The notes beneath the pieces are model-generated. The model made no database searches, was not told the origin of the DNA, and saw only the letters and a list, made by a program, of their open reading frames with translations. From a virus: 64,000 nt of DNA. A program made the translations under genes and the position numbers. Where the stretch lies: positions 128,001 through 192,000 of the IMG/VR virus record IMGVR_UViG_3300029374_000001; one strand, written 5' to 3'. Below, piece after piece: positions 28,556 to 38,452 of this stretch (the stretch's first letter is position 1; the number at the start of each line of letters is the position of its first letter).

Positions 28556-29299
28556 TTAGTAGTTGATGTATCCGTTGTTGTTTCCAACAATGATATTTGT
28601 TTCTTCTGCAATTGCTTTAATTTCAGAAGCATTGAACTGACTAATCTGAATCAGCCAGGATGCCATCATCTGGTTACCCTGCAGAGGACGAATTGCCATA
28701 GCATCATATACAAAATGATCGCCTTCATCATTGTCTTTTCCGAAGATCAGAGTCAGCATACGACGAAGATCGAGTGTTACATATACAACACCATTGAAGA
28801 TACCACGGAACGGATCCACTTCATAAGTAGAATCGGAAGATACCAGATTCCAAATCGGTTCATATACTTCTTTTCCATCTTTACGTACATTTCTGAATAC
28901 AGAAGTATTGTTATCGAGATGGGTCGGAATCAGTCTCTGCAGAACAGATTTTGCTTCATCGGTGAGATCATAATTTCTCATAGAATCTGCACGTCCATTA
29001 ATGGATTCTACAATGGACAGAGCTGCTTTTTCTTTAGACATAGATTTTACGAATGCAACTTTTCCATCCGGAATATCTCTTTCTTCTACAAAACGGAATG
29101 CTACAGAAGTAGACAGCTGTCCATTAGGCTGAATACCAATCTTTACACCATTGATACAGGGTGTAATTGCTCCGAAGACTTTAGCAATCATCCGAGATAA
29201 TTTACTGGATGTTATAAGCTTGCTGGTTACATTACCAACAAAGTCACTTTTGACGATGTTAAGCTTTACAACATTTTCCTTCTTAACTTCTTCACTCAT
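28556..29299 (-). CDS. hypothetical protein (247 aa)
   Basis: ORF with RBS AGGAGGAGAACAA. The promoter-family copy 29399..29437 lies upstream. Confidence 0.6.
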   Translation of the reverse strand: MSEEVKKENVVKLNIVKSDFVGNVTSKLITSSKLSRMIAKVFGAITPCINGVKIGIQPNGQLSTSVAFRFVEERDIPDGKVAFVKSMSKEKAALSIVESINGRADSMRNYDLTDEAKSVLQRLIPTHLDNNTSVFRNVRKDGKEVYEPIWNLVSSDSTYEVDPFRGIFNGVVYVTLDLRRMLTLIFGKDNDEGDHFVYDAMAIRPLQGNQMMASWLIQISQFNASEIKAIAEETNIIVGNNNGYINY

Positions 29300-29398
29300 T
29301 TGTTCTCCTCCTTTGAGAAACAGTGTTAAAACAATTTTAATGATACGATTATCATTACGATATTGTTTTAACTAAAATAATATTTGAAACGCATAAAG

Positions 29399-29437
29399 CG
29401 TCTCATACCTATAATATATAATTTAATATAGATTTAA
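29399..29437 (-). promoter_or_regulatory. promoter-family copy (minus strand): AAATCTATATTAAATTATATATTATAGGTATGAGACGC
   Basis: Reverse complement of 29401-29437 matches the family consensus, including the downstream (G)TATGAGA. It is followed by the palindrome GAGACGC..GCGTTTC. Confidence 0.5.
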
Positions 29438-30504
29438 CGGAATCTTGATAAGATTCGATTTTGCTCATCTATACTAAATGCATCATTAATGGAATCTTTA
29501 TGGACTCCATTGGAATTATATATAAAGATGTATAATGCGCCATCTATCGTATTCCGAATTAACGTATACTTATTGGCTATACTGGATAGATCAATATCAT
29601 ACCAATATCGATACATAATAATGTCTTTTACATTATATCCAATTGTATTTCGCAATAAAGTATATAGGGCTTTATCATTCATCATATACGTCTTATCATA
29701 AGGAGATGCTTCATCTTTTTCTTCTGCTAAGACTTTTGTTTGAAATTCCATATTGATGATATTGTTAGAACAATCAACAATAAATAGAAAGTTAATAGCT
29801 TCTAAGAATGTTTTCATATTCATATATTCAGATATATCAACAATACCATTCGTTTCATGCTTAAGTAGCTCTGCTACTTTTTGTAAACAAGCATTGTACT
29901 TATTAATTTCATACTTCCCTAATAAAGGGATAATAGTATCTATCGTATCATCAAAGTATAACATAATGAATCGATAATGTTTTAGATTGAATTCATGATA
30001 AGGAATCGTTTCCATAAACTCTTCTATCTCATACGGATCATAGTTATAATAGTCCTGAATAACTCCAGATTGTAATAGAATATCAGAAACCATTTTCTTA
30101 TCTTTAGGATTTCGAAAAGCATCTTTATATTCCGTAGGACACTTTTGATACTCTTTCATAATTTCGATAGGATGGATGACTGTAGTTACTCCATCATAAT
30201 TCGAATAAGCACTTTCTTCATTGGATGAATATTCTATATAGAGATCATCCATACGAAGTTTACTATTAGCTTGTAAAATTCCTATCTGCAGTAATCCAGT
30301 AGGAATCAATCTTGTATATTTTCTGTTTAATAGTTCTATGGATAAAGTATAAATTTCTTTAGTTCGTTCGTCTTGTACTGTCACTTTGCGTCTATTTCTG
30401 TCTATAATACGAATCATATGATCTTCTGTAAACCATCTGGTTCCAATATTATATAAAAAGTTGTATCGAGTTTTACCTGTTCTACAACGAACCTGTTCCA
30501 GCAT
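29434..30504 (-). CDS. hypothetical protein (356 aa)
   Basis: ORF with RBS GGAGAAAAG. Confidence 0.6.
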   Translation of the reverse strand: MLEQVRCRTGKTRYNFLYNIGTRWFTEDHMIRIIDRNRRKVTVQDERTKEIYTLSIELLNRKYTRLIPTGLLQIGILQANSKLRMDDLYIEYSSNEESAYSNYDGVTTVIHPIEIMKEYQKCPTEYKDAFRNPKDKKMVSDILLQSGVIQDYYNYDPYEIEEFMETIPYHEFNLKHYRFIMLYFDDTIDTIIPLLGKYEINKYNACLQKVAELLKHETNGIVDISEYMNMKTFLEAINFLFIVDCSNNIINMEFQTKVLAEEKDEASPYDKTYMMNDKALYTLLRNTIGYNVKDIIMYRYWYDIDLSSIANKYTLIRNTIDGALYIFIYNSNGVHKDSINDAFSIDEQNRILSRFR

Positions 30505-30589
30505 ACTTTTCTCCTTTTGAAATAATAGTGTACTCCAAGCTATATAGCTTGGAGTACTTTATAGTTCATTTCATTATAATAATATATAA

Positions 30590-32434
30590 TTACAGATTCG
30601 TTTTGAAAGTTAGCAGTTTCTTGATCCAATCATATGCATGGCCTAATGTATAATTAGAGAACTTAACTTTATCATTATTAAAAGGAGAATCTTGATAGGT
30701 CTTGATAATATCAAAATCTGGTTCTTCTTTCAATACAATTTCAGAATACTTATTGATATCGTTTAGTATCTTAGAACGAGCTTTGTTTAGTGTTCTGATT
30801 TCTGTAGGCTTGGTTTTTCTATCATGAATCTTCTCTTCCAAGAGTATATTCATATACCAAAGTTTACAGATACAGTACTTCATTCCAGTTGTATTCTTAT
30901 TTTTCTCATACATCTTAAGAGCTAAATGAGTTCTGGAATATTCTCCTTCAAAATTAATTCGTCTTCCTTTAGAGATTAAGAGATCTCCATCTTTATTAAA
31001 TTCTACGGGGAATTCGTTGGTCATAACTGCTTCTAACATAGACGATTTGAATGGGATCTTCATCATCTTTTTGTCCAGATAATATCGGAAATATTTGTAT
31101 CGGTTGTTTAATGAGAAGAACTCTCTAAATCCGCCCATATAGATTTTATATAAGAACAGATGTATCGGAATATCAATCTTATACTTTCTATATAGCTCTA
31201 CTATAATAGCATTCAGATATAACTTAAGAGCTCCTATATTATTAATATCTATCTTAGCAAAGCCAGTATTGTATAGCGTATCTTGGGTTACGCCTTTAAG
31301 TATATCATATTTAGGAATCTCAAAGACAATAAACTTTGTAGACTCTGGTAAAATATCTATTCTTTTATTGAATGTGTATACTTTATTATTCTGGTCTATA
31401 CCAATTTCTATAGCATTTTTAGTTTCGTTAATTGTCTGAACTAGATATAGCCGTATAATATATTGGTTATCTCTATTTAACTCGCAGAATAAAAAGTAGG
31501 AATCGGGTGAATTGTATTCTGGGCTGATATTCTGTTCACTTCCAGATAAAGACTTCATATAATCCATTACATTGATAATATGAACATGATCGATAATCTG
31601 ACTCATATATTTATATGCGCCTTGTTGTATTTTAGCCAGCTTATCTAAAGTTATGGAAATTTCAGGACTCCATCCCAATTCAATCTGGCCCTGTTTATCT
31701 CCCTTTGCCTTGAGATCCAAAATCACATCCATGTACGAATTTCCATATTTAGTTGCATAGGATGACATATTTTTTCCAGTAATATATTCGTTCCATTTCT
31801 GCCAGAAATCATAAGAGATTACATCAGTTTTTCCATATTTTGGTTCTCCATTAGAATTTAGATATAATATTTTTGCATCTTCTGATCTAAACATGGGACA
31901 CTGACAATTATAATTGGTAAAGATATTTTCTGACTTATATTCTGATTCTAAATCTTCTTTAATAATATCGGTATGATAATCTAAATCAAAATCAGAAGCA
32001 TCTTCTTGGAGATTACACAAGAATTCTTTTCTGTCTATTCTTTGCAGAAACATTTTGTCATCGATCAGATGTCTCATTAAGAATACTCTGTCTATCGGAT
32101 CTATATTATAGAATCTAGGATCATATTCTACATAGTCTTTGATTACTTCTGCACTATAGAATTGATGTCTCATATCCTCATAGCGTTCTTTATTCTTCTT
32201 ACCAAAGATACGTATGGATATATCATCAGAATCTTCTTGTTGAGAATAAGGCATTTTTAAGAAGCGATTATAATCCATCTCCAAATCATTCGGTCTTTTA
32301 TAGGAAGAATATAAGAGAGTGATATTAGAGCTTAGCCTCCAGTCTTTGACTTGTTTATCTTGTTCAGACAGATCAGCATTGCTATTTCTTATTTTAAAGG
32401 CTTCATTAAATGGATCGTTGTTTGTTGAATTCAT
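30590..32434 (-). CDS. hypothetical protein (614 aa)
   Basis: Long ORF with RBS AGAGGTGATCAATAG upstream. Confidence 0.6.
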   Translation of the reverse strand: MNSTNNDPFNEAFKIRNSNADLSEQDKQVKDWRLSSNITLLYSSYKRPNDLEMDYNRFLKMPYSQQEDSDDISIRIFGKKNKERYEDMRHQFYSAEVIKDYVEYDPRFYNIDPIDRVFLMRHLIDDKMFLQRIDRKEFLCNLQEDASDFDLDYHTDIIKEDLESEYKSENIFTNYNCQCPMFRSEDAKILYLNSNGEPKYGKTDVISYDFWQKWNEYITGKNMSSYATKYGNSYMDVILDLKAKGDKQGQIELGWSPEISITLDKLAKIQQGAYKYMSQIIDHVHIINVMDYMKSLSGSEQNISPEYNSPDSYFLFCELNRDNQYIIRLYLVQTINETKNAIEIGIDQNNKVYTFNKRIDILPESTKFIVFEIPKYDILKGVTQDTLYNTGFAKIDINNIGALKLYLNAIIVELYRKYKIDIPIHLFLYKIYMGGFREFFSLNNRYKYFRYYLDKKMMKIPFKSSMLEAVMTNEFPVEFNKDGDLLISKGRRINFEGEYSRTHLALKMYEKNKNTTGMKYCICKLWYMNILLEEKIHDRKTKPTEIRTLNKARSKILNDINKYSEIVLKEEPDFDIIKTYQDSPFNNDKVKFSNYTLGHAYDWIKKLLTFKTNL

Positions 32435-32451
32435 CTATTGATCACCTCTGA

Positions 32452-33120
32452 TTATTCTTCCAAATCATCATAGATTTCAATATCTTCTACATTTTCGAAG
32501 AATCTGGATCTACGAAGAGATTTTTTATTCATAGCAAAGTATCCCATTGATTGGTCTTCCATAATAACGATATCAGAAGAATGACCTTCTAATAAATCAG
32601 AAGCTTCCTGATTAGAGATTTGGGTATATCGATTTGCCAATTCCGGATTAACCAGATAGATAAACTTATTTAATACAGTATAAGCATCATTTTCTATCAT
32701 GGCTCTCATCTCATTGAAGTTAACTTCTTGAAAATCTTCGTCAAATTCGATTTGATTATCTTCCAAGAGATACTTACCAGAGATGGTTTCATATATAAAT
32801 TCTCTTGGTACTTCTGTATCTACAGAGTTTAAAATAGTCATCAATCTCTTATTGGGATCTTTACCCATATACTTAAACATACGAACATTTTTATCTTTGA
32901 GATAATCAGAAGATATTTTTCGCAATACACCATCATTATCTGTAGTGATAATATTGTCCGTGATCATATCATCTTGTACACAATACTGAGGTCTAAGCAT
33001 AGTAGGAGACTGTAATTTAGAAACAAAGATAACATTGGTTGTTCCTATAGGACCTCCTATTCCAGCTAACCCCATAGTTTCGTTTATTTTACTCATTTTC
33101 TTCTCACCTACTTTACCCAT
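32452..33120 (-). CDS. hypothetical protein (222 aa)
   Basis: ORF that overlaps the upstream gene by 13 nt, suggesting translational coupling. Confidence 0.55.
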   Translation of the reverse strand: MGKVGEKKMSKINETMGLAGIGGPIGTTNVIFVSKLQSPTMLRPQYCVQDDMITDNIITTDNDGVLRKISSDYLKDKNVRMFKYMGKDPNKRLMTILNSVDTEVPREFIYETISGKYLLEDNQIEFDEDFQEVNFNEMRAMIENDAYTVLNKFIYLVNPELANRYTQISNQEASDLLEGHSSDIVIMEDQSMGYFAMNKKSLRRSRFFENVEDIEIYDDLEE

Positions 33121-34382
33121 CCATCAAACTTAATTTCATTTTTCTTAAGTTTACATTTTTCATGTACAATCTTATTCAAATTAGTAATTATAGCACTATA
33201 AGAGAGCTTATCTTTTACGTTGATCGTATACTTACCATCTTTAATAATAAATCTTTTAGCTTTTAGGAAATAGAATTGCTCCGATTTGTATTCATTCCAC
33301 CAATCTGGATCTATATGTAGAGTATCTTTTACATATAATGGAGTAGCTCCATGAGTACAGAGATATAAAGCATAATACAGTGCTTTCTTCTTATCATCGA
33401 AGCATTCTATTTGTTCTATCTTTCTCATAGGAATATCAAATACTCCATTATGATAGGGATATATAAAATAGACTTCATCGACTTGGTTATAATCATACCA
33501 CTGATCGTCATCTATTTCTGCTTTCAGATTAGGAATAAATCCAGATACTACTTTATCTGTACCTAAGATATTTCGAATAGATTCATGATGTATATCCGTA
33601 CTTTCATTAATTTTGATAATTGCTTTTCTATTATCATTAGAATCATCTAACAATTGCATTTTATATTCATACATGAATTCTAAGAGTTGATCGAATTGAT
33701 TATTGGTCAAACGAATATAGTTATATTCTCCCATATTCGTAATCATTTTTTCTTTAGCTACTTGTTTAGCTCTATATTCTGGCATACGAGTTTTATTGGG
33801 ATTATTTCCACCATCTTTAATATCTCCTACTAAATTAAATGGAAGTAATAAGAAGTCTAATATCCAGAAATGTTTTTCGCCTTTATATTCATATTCCAAT
33901 GTAGGTCCAGGCATCATAATATCATCCGGATCCATATGAAATACTTTATCTAAGAACTCTAAGAATTTCTTTTCATATGAGCCTGTATATTCTTTAATCT
34001 TACCATTATCAAATCTATATATACCAGAAATACCTCGATTGGCTAACATCTTTTTCTGATGTTCTGGATCATCCAATATGGTTGTCTTACCATAGACCTT
34101 CATCATATTGTGTTTATACATGCTACGCAGTTTGTCTCTACATTCTGATCTTCCACAGAGTCTTTTATATTTCTGAATATTTTCATCCCATTCGGTTCTG
34201 CGTTTACATACTACACAAGTACCATGATTCTTATGATGAATAAAATCAAATAATACTCTGGCTGCACTATAGTTTTCTGGAATCATATCTTCATGTTTAT
34301 GATCAATATGATCAATTATTTTATCTTTGGTTTCTCTATAGGTACAAAAAGGGCATTTTATTTTTCTATCAGAAGCCATCAT
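33108..34382 (-). CDS. zinc-finger protein with a PD-(D/E)xK-like nuclease motif (424 aa)
   Basis: N-terminal CPFC...HIDHKH and CVVCK...CGRSEC. Central motif FWILDFLLLPFNLVGDIKDGG resembles a D...D/ExK restriction-endonuclease-fold signature. Weak inference. Confidence 0.5.
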   Translation of the reverse strand: MMASDRKIKCPFCTYRETKDKIIDHIDHKHEDMIPENYSAARVLFDFIHHKNHGTCVVCKRRTEWDENIQKYKRLCGRSECRDKLRSMYKHNMMKVYGKTTILDDPEHQKKMLANRGISGIYRFDNGKIKEYTGSYEKKFLEFLDKVFHMDPDDIMMPGPTLEYEYKGEKHFWILDFLLLPFNLVGDIKDGGNNPNKTRMPEYRAKQVAKEKMITNMGEYNYIRLTNNQFDQLLEFMYEYKMQLLDDSNDNRKAIIKINESTDIHHESIRNILGTDKVVSGFIPNLKAEIDDDQWYDYNQVDEVYFIYPYHNGVFDIPMRKIEQIECFDDKKKALYYALYLCTHGATPLYVKDTLHIDPDWWNEYKSEQFYFLKAKRFIIKDGKYTINVKDKLSYSAIITNLNKIVHEKCKLKKNEIKFDGWVK

Positions 34383-34526
34383 TGTCCTCCTTTATAATCG
34401 TCTTTTCAGTTTAATTAGATGTTTTCGAGCTACTATAATAAAAAATAAACCATCTATAAACATAGAGATAAATATAGACTCCGTGGAGCGGCAGAGTCTA
34501 TATTTATGAGACTATGTTAAGAAATA

Positions 34527-34757
34527 TTATTGATTCTTCAATAAGATATCTTGTGCATTTATGATATTTCTCATAAATACATTCTTGAGACTAAGTAACG
34601 ATTCTTTATTTTCATCAGTCTCTTCAATTTGGCTTAGGCGGTCTAAACCAATCTTCAGATCAGATGAGAACCATTTAGCATAATCTACAGAATAAATATC
34701 TTGTGTCATTATGCCGCTCCTCCTTTCTTGTATATCTAAATCCATGATATACTCCAA
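34527..34757 (-). CDS. small hypothetical protein (76 aa)
   Basis: ORF with RBS GGAGGAGCGGC upstream and its own promoter-family copy. Confidence 0.45.
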   Translation of the reverse strand: MEYIMDLDIQERRSGIMTQDIYSVDYAKWFSSDLKIGLDRLSQIEETDENKESLLSLKNVFMRNIINAQDILLKNQ

Positions 34758-34774
34758 AAATAAATATACAGAAT

Positions 34775-34802
34775 TTGAGAGAGACTAATATTAGTCTCTC
34801 TC
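34775..34802 (-). promoter_or_regulatory. leader palindrome or operator (TGAGAGAGACTAATATTAGTCTCTCTCA)
   Basis: 28-bp near-perfect palindrome immediately downstream of the promoter-family copy at 34799..34840, in the 5' leader of gene 34527..34757. Confidence 0.4.
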
Positions 34803-34840
34803 ATCTATATAATATATCATTTCAGAAGATTTAGATTACA
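34799..34840 (-). promoter_or_regulatory. promoter-family copy (minus strand): TGTAATCTA-aatcttctgaaatga-TATATTATATAGATGAGAG
   Basis: Reverse complement of 34801-34840. It contains both the upstream TGTAATCTA element and the TATATTATATA core followed by GATGAGAG. Confidence 0.5.
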
Positions 34841-34909
34841 AGAACTCATTTTTAATTATATTCAATGCCTTCAACACCATAGTAAGCATTTTTAATGTTT
34901 TTAGGGGAT

Positions 34910-35344
34910 ATGAAAGCTGGTGATAAAGTGAATGTAAATTTGAATACAGTTGCATCTCAAATCAATAATAGATATTCAGAATATAATCTCTCATTGGATG
35001 AATTCAACAGACCACAAGTAGATACCGGAGTTAAAGCAGTTATAGATAAGATTATTATGCTGATCATGATGAAACCTGGTACATATCCGACCAGACCTAA
35101 TATGGGTGTAGGTCTTGTTGAGAACTACAGATATACATTTATGGACGATCTGGGAAGACTGAAAGATGAAGTCAATACCCAGAAGAATATATATCTGCCA
35201 GAATTTCGTTCTGTTGATGTAGAGTTTGATACAGTGGACGAATTACAAAAGAATCTGTATATCTATATTACGATAAGAAAACGGATGTATGTATTACTAT
35301 TGGATACTGAAACCAAAACTTTATCATGGTTACAGAATACCTAA
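34910..35344 (+). CDS. gp25-like baseplate wedge protein (GPW/gp25 family), tentative
   Basis: KAVIDKIIMLIMMKPGTYPTRPNMGVGLVENYRYTFMDDL resembles the GPW_gp25 signature (I..IL.T..GER...P.fG..l..l.F). The start was chosen at the second ATG (34910) with RBS TAGGGGAT. Confidence 0.4.
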   Translation: MKAGDKVNVNLNTVASQINNRYSEYNLSLDEFNRPQVDTGVKAVIDKIIMLIMMKPGTYPTRPNMGVGLVENYRYTFMDDLGRLKDEVNTQKNIYLPEFRSVDVEFDTVDELQKNLYIYITIRKRMYVLLLDTETKTLSWLQNT

Positions 35345-35366
35345 ATTTTAAGGAGGAATATTTACG

Positions 35367-37136
35367 ATGCAGGAAAAAACAATTTCTTTAGATGATTTGA
35401 TTAAGAATCCGCAGACAACTGCTGAGGAAATCAAAGAAGAACCTGTAAAAGTAGAAGAGGTTAAACCGGAGACTGTTGTAGAAACAGACCCTGCTACTGA
35501 AGTACAGATAACTAAAGAAGAAGGGAAACCTATTATCTTAACACCTAAGATGGTAGGAACAAAAGCGTCTGCTGAAATGAAAACGGTTCATGCAGGAGAT
35601 ATCAAACCGTTTACAGAAGAAGTATCTGCTGCTAAGAAGTTTGAAGAAGAGATGTATGATAGAATTGATGAGAATATCGAACGTACCAAGAAAGAAATGA
35701 TGCACGATAGAATTCAGCCATATATTGATAAATGTAAAGAATTGGCAGAACAAGCAGAATTTAATGGACAAATTGAAGCCAGAAGTATGAATGATATGAT
35801 TAATCCTAATGCGACCACTAAACAAGCAGAATCTGAACTTGGAGAAGGAGATATTACCAATATTCGTCCAGAAGCTAAGTCGGTAGAATCTGATAAGAAG
35901 ATTGAAGAAAAAGTGTCAGATTCTTTAGATGCTATTAAAGAATTGGATGTAAATGAAGATGATTTTTCTTCTATAGAAGATGCAGATATTAATGCGGATG
36001 AAGATTTAGAAAAAGAAGTAAAAACAGATGAAGATAAAAAGGAAGAAGAAAAGATTACTTTCGATAAGTTTAAATCTTTCCAGAAAGTAGTTAAGAAGAC
36101 AATTGATCCTACGGAATCTATTGATTTGACTGGATTTACTATGTCTGGGACTCCTTTGAATATCAATACGGCTATTGGATATGTAGCTAAGACAGATAAA
36201 TCTTTTACAGAATCTCAGTCTGTTCCTCTTTTTAATACAGGACGTCTGATTCATTTCACCCCATTGACCGGTTCTGATATTGTTAAACTTTCTTCTGAAA
36301 GTTATAATTCTCAATTAGATCATCTGAAGAAAGTATTTGCTACAATGTATGCTCATGATGTAACTCCAAATAAACCAGCATCGTTTACTGCATGGATGAA
36401 ATCTATCGATGCAGGAGATTTAGATCAATTGTACTTTGGGTTATATAAGGCAACATTTAGTGGATCTAACTATATTGGCTATCAGAAACCTGAATCAAAA
36501 GAGTTTATGATGGTTAAATGCAATATGGAAGACATGTATGAGTTTGATGAATCTGCTAAAGACGAAGATAAGAAACGTTTTGAAGATATCATTAAACATG
36601 GAGAAGTAGAAGATAACTTTGCTTCTAGAAAAGAAGATTATATTTTATCTGATAACTATGCTATTACTCTTCGTCCAAGATCCCTCTATAACTTAATTGA
36701 ATTAGAATACTTGGATGATGAATTTAGACAGAAGTATGAATCCGTTTATATTATCTCCAGTTACATTGATCGGGCATTCTTTATTGATAAGAAACGTAAA
36801 TTACTTCGTCCGATTGATTTCAAAGCAGATAAGAATTCTGTAGTTAAATCAATTAAGAATAAGTGTCTGGTTATATATAAGATGATTTCTTCTATTACTC
36901 CAGATAACTATTCTATGTTTAACGGTAAACTCTCTTACTTTACTTATAGAGAAGTGGCAGCAAACAATTTGATCAAGTATCATATTCCTGCACAAGAATT
37001 TGAAGATGAATATATTGAAGGGCCGCAGAAGGGGACTAAGTTTATGAATCATATTGATGCAGAAGCAATGTCTCCCTATCAGTTGCTTTTTACACGTCAT
37101 CAATTGGCAATGCAGAGCACCTGGCGAATCGACTAA
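35367..37136 (+). CDS. hypothetical protein with an acidic N-terminal region (589 aa)
   Basis: ORF with RBS AAGGAGG. The E/K/D-rich N-terminus could indicate a scaffold or internal protein. Confidence 0.6.
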   Translation: MQEKTISLDDLIKNPQTTAEEIKEEPVKVEEVKPETVVETDPATEVQITKEEGKPIILTPKMVGTKASAEMKTVHAGDIKPFTEEVSAAKKFEEEMYDRIDENIERTKKEMMHDRIQPYIDKCKELAEQAEFNGQIEARSMNDMINPNATTKQAESELGEGDITNIRPEAKSVESDKKIEEKVSDSLDAIKELDVNEDDFSSIEDADINADEDLEKEVKTDEDKKEEEKITFDKFKSFQKVVKKTIDPTESIDLTGFTMSGTPLNINTAIGYVAKTDKSFTESQSVPLFNTGRLIHFTPLTGSDIVKLSSESYNSQLDHLKKVFATMYAHDVTPNKPASFTAWMKSIDAGDLDQLYFGLYKATFSGSNYIGYQKPESKEFMMVKCNMEDMYEFDESAKDEDKKRFEDIIKHGEVEDNFASRKEDYILSDNYAITLRPRSLYNLIELEYLDDEFRQKYESVYIISSYIDRAFFIDKKRKLLRPIDFKADKNSVVKSIKNKCLVIYKMISSITPDNYSMFNGKLSYFTYREVAANNLIKYHIPAQEFEDEYIEGPQKGTKFMNHIDAEAMSPYQLLFTRHQLAMQSTWRID

Positions 37137-37195
37137 TTCATCTGCAGTCGGCTTTTAGAAGAGGATTTGACATTATCTCTGCTAAAGACCAGCCA

Positions 37196-37507
37196 ATGGG
37201 ATTTATCCATGCTCTGTACTATTATCAAGTACAGAAATCCATAGATGATGCTAAGAAAGAAAAAGAGAAGAAACAAGAAGAAGAACGATCTAAACGTCCT
37301 ATCACAAATTATAAGATAGGAAATCAGAATAGATCTGATGTAGATATGAAGTATGGACATATCTCAGATCATTCTCCCTCTTCTATAATAGAACAAAGAA
37401 GAATGAGAGAAGAATCTAGACGGAATCAGAATTCTTCGAGTACAACCTCCTCAAATGTCAGTGATGTAGATATGGAAGAAGCTTTTGAAGATGTAATGGG
37501 AGGGTAA
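37196..37507 (+). CDS. hypothetical basic and serine-rich protein (103 aa)
   Basis: ORF. Low-complexity K/E/R/S composition. Confidence 0.45.
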   Translation: MGFIHALYYYQVQKSIDDAKKEKEKKQEEERSKRPITNYKIGNQNRSDVDMKYGHISDHSPSSIIEQRRMREESRRNQNSSSTTSSNVSDVDMEEAFEDVMGG

Positions 37508-37509
37508 TT

Positions 37510-37824
37510 ATGACATTACCACAATTTGCCAAGATGTTAGACATTTCTGGCAAACCAGAAAACATTGGTAATCACTTTGAATCCTGTGTTGCTGTATATA
37601 GAATACTCAATCAGTATTTCAGTCAGGATGAAATTGAGATTGCTATTGAATCTATGGAAGCTTCCAAAGAGATATTTAAAATTAAGATTATTCCAGTTAA
37701 AAATATAGAAGACTTATTGAAGCTGTATGAGAATATACAATTAGAACTATTCTCCACCCAGGTTCATATATCTTCTAAGATTACAAAAAAGAAAGAGCTT
37801 ATTATTAAAACAATTAAAAAATAA
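37510..37824 (+). CDS. hypothetical protein (104 aa)
   Basis: ORF with RBS GGGAGGG, coupled to the upstream gene. Confidence 0.5.
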   Translation: MTLPQFAKMLDISGKPENIGNHFESCVAVYRILNQYFSQDEIEIAIESMEASKEIFKIKIIPVKNIEDLLKLYENIQLELFSTQVHISSKITKKKELIIKTIKK

Positions 37825-37855
37825 AAGAGACTCATACGAGTCTCTTTTATTTTCT
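37824..37855. terminator. bidirectional terminator (AAAAGAGACTCATACGAGTCTCTTTT followed by ATTTTCTTT)
   Basis: Palindrome between convergent genes 37510..37824 (+) and 37870..38247 (-). Confidence 0.6.
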
Positions 37856-37869
37856 TTGACCGATATGGA

Positions 37870-38247
37870 TTATGAATTCATTGCTTTCAAATCCATCTTC
37901 AATCTCGTATTCTCGAGGTCGAGTTCGCCGAGCTTTTCGTTAAGTTCGGTATTTTCCTTATCGAGCTTTTCAACATCTCTATCAAGTCCCTCGATATCGT
38001 CTCGAAGTAAACGATTTTTCTCTCTGAGCTGGTTGATCTCATTGGCCATCTTTCTACTTTGGTCATTCCGCACTTCCTGGTCGTTAATCATTTCACGGAA
38101 TGTGGTAACAATGTTCATTACATCCTTACCATTTTGAACCATTTCTTCGACAGTCATTTCGACGTTAACTTCATCTAATTTGAAGTCAAGATTAACGCCC
38201 TCGATATTCTTGCCGTTGATTGTAAAACCTTTTAATGTGAATTTCAT
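37870..38247 (-). CDS. coiled-coil protein (125 aa)
   Basis: ORF with RBS AGGAGGACTACACATC. Heptad-rich sequence (LREKNRLLRDDIEGLDRDVEKLDKENTELNEKL). Confidence 0.55.
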   Translation of the reverse strand: MKFTLKGFTINGKNIEGVNLDFKLDEVNVEMTVEEMVQNGKDVMNIVTTFREMINDQEVRNDQSRKMANEINQLREKNRLLRDDIEGLDRDVEKLDKENTELNEKLGELDLENTRLKMDLKAMNS

Positions 38248-38328
38248 GATGTGTAGTCCTCCTTTTGTTTGACCAAATTTTTCCAGGTATCATAGAAAAT
38301 TTGATAACTGGCGATATGCATTTCATGA

Positions 38329-38375
38329 TTATACATATCCTTTTCTCACCTATATATTATATAATTTAGAAAAAG
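38329..38375 (-). promoter_or_regulatory. promoter-family copy (minus strand): TGTAATCTA-actttttctaaat-TATATAATATATAGGTGAGAAAAGG
   Basis: Reverse complement of 38329-38375. The core is TATATATTATATA at 38341-38353. It lies upstream of minus gene 37870..38247 and is followed by the palindrome GATATG..CATATC. Confidence 0.45.
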
Positions 38376-38452
38376 TTAGATTACAAAATTGGATTTTTGA
38401 TGAATTCTACATTTAGGTAATGTAAGGTTAGTATATAAAGGAGGTCTTATCG

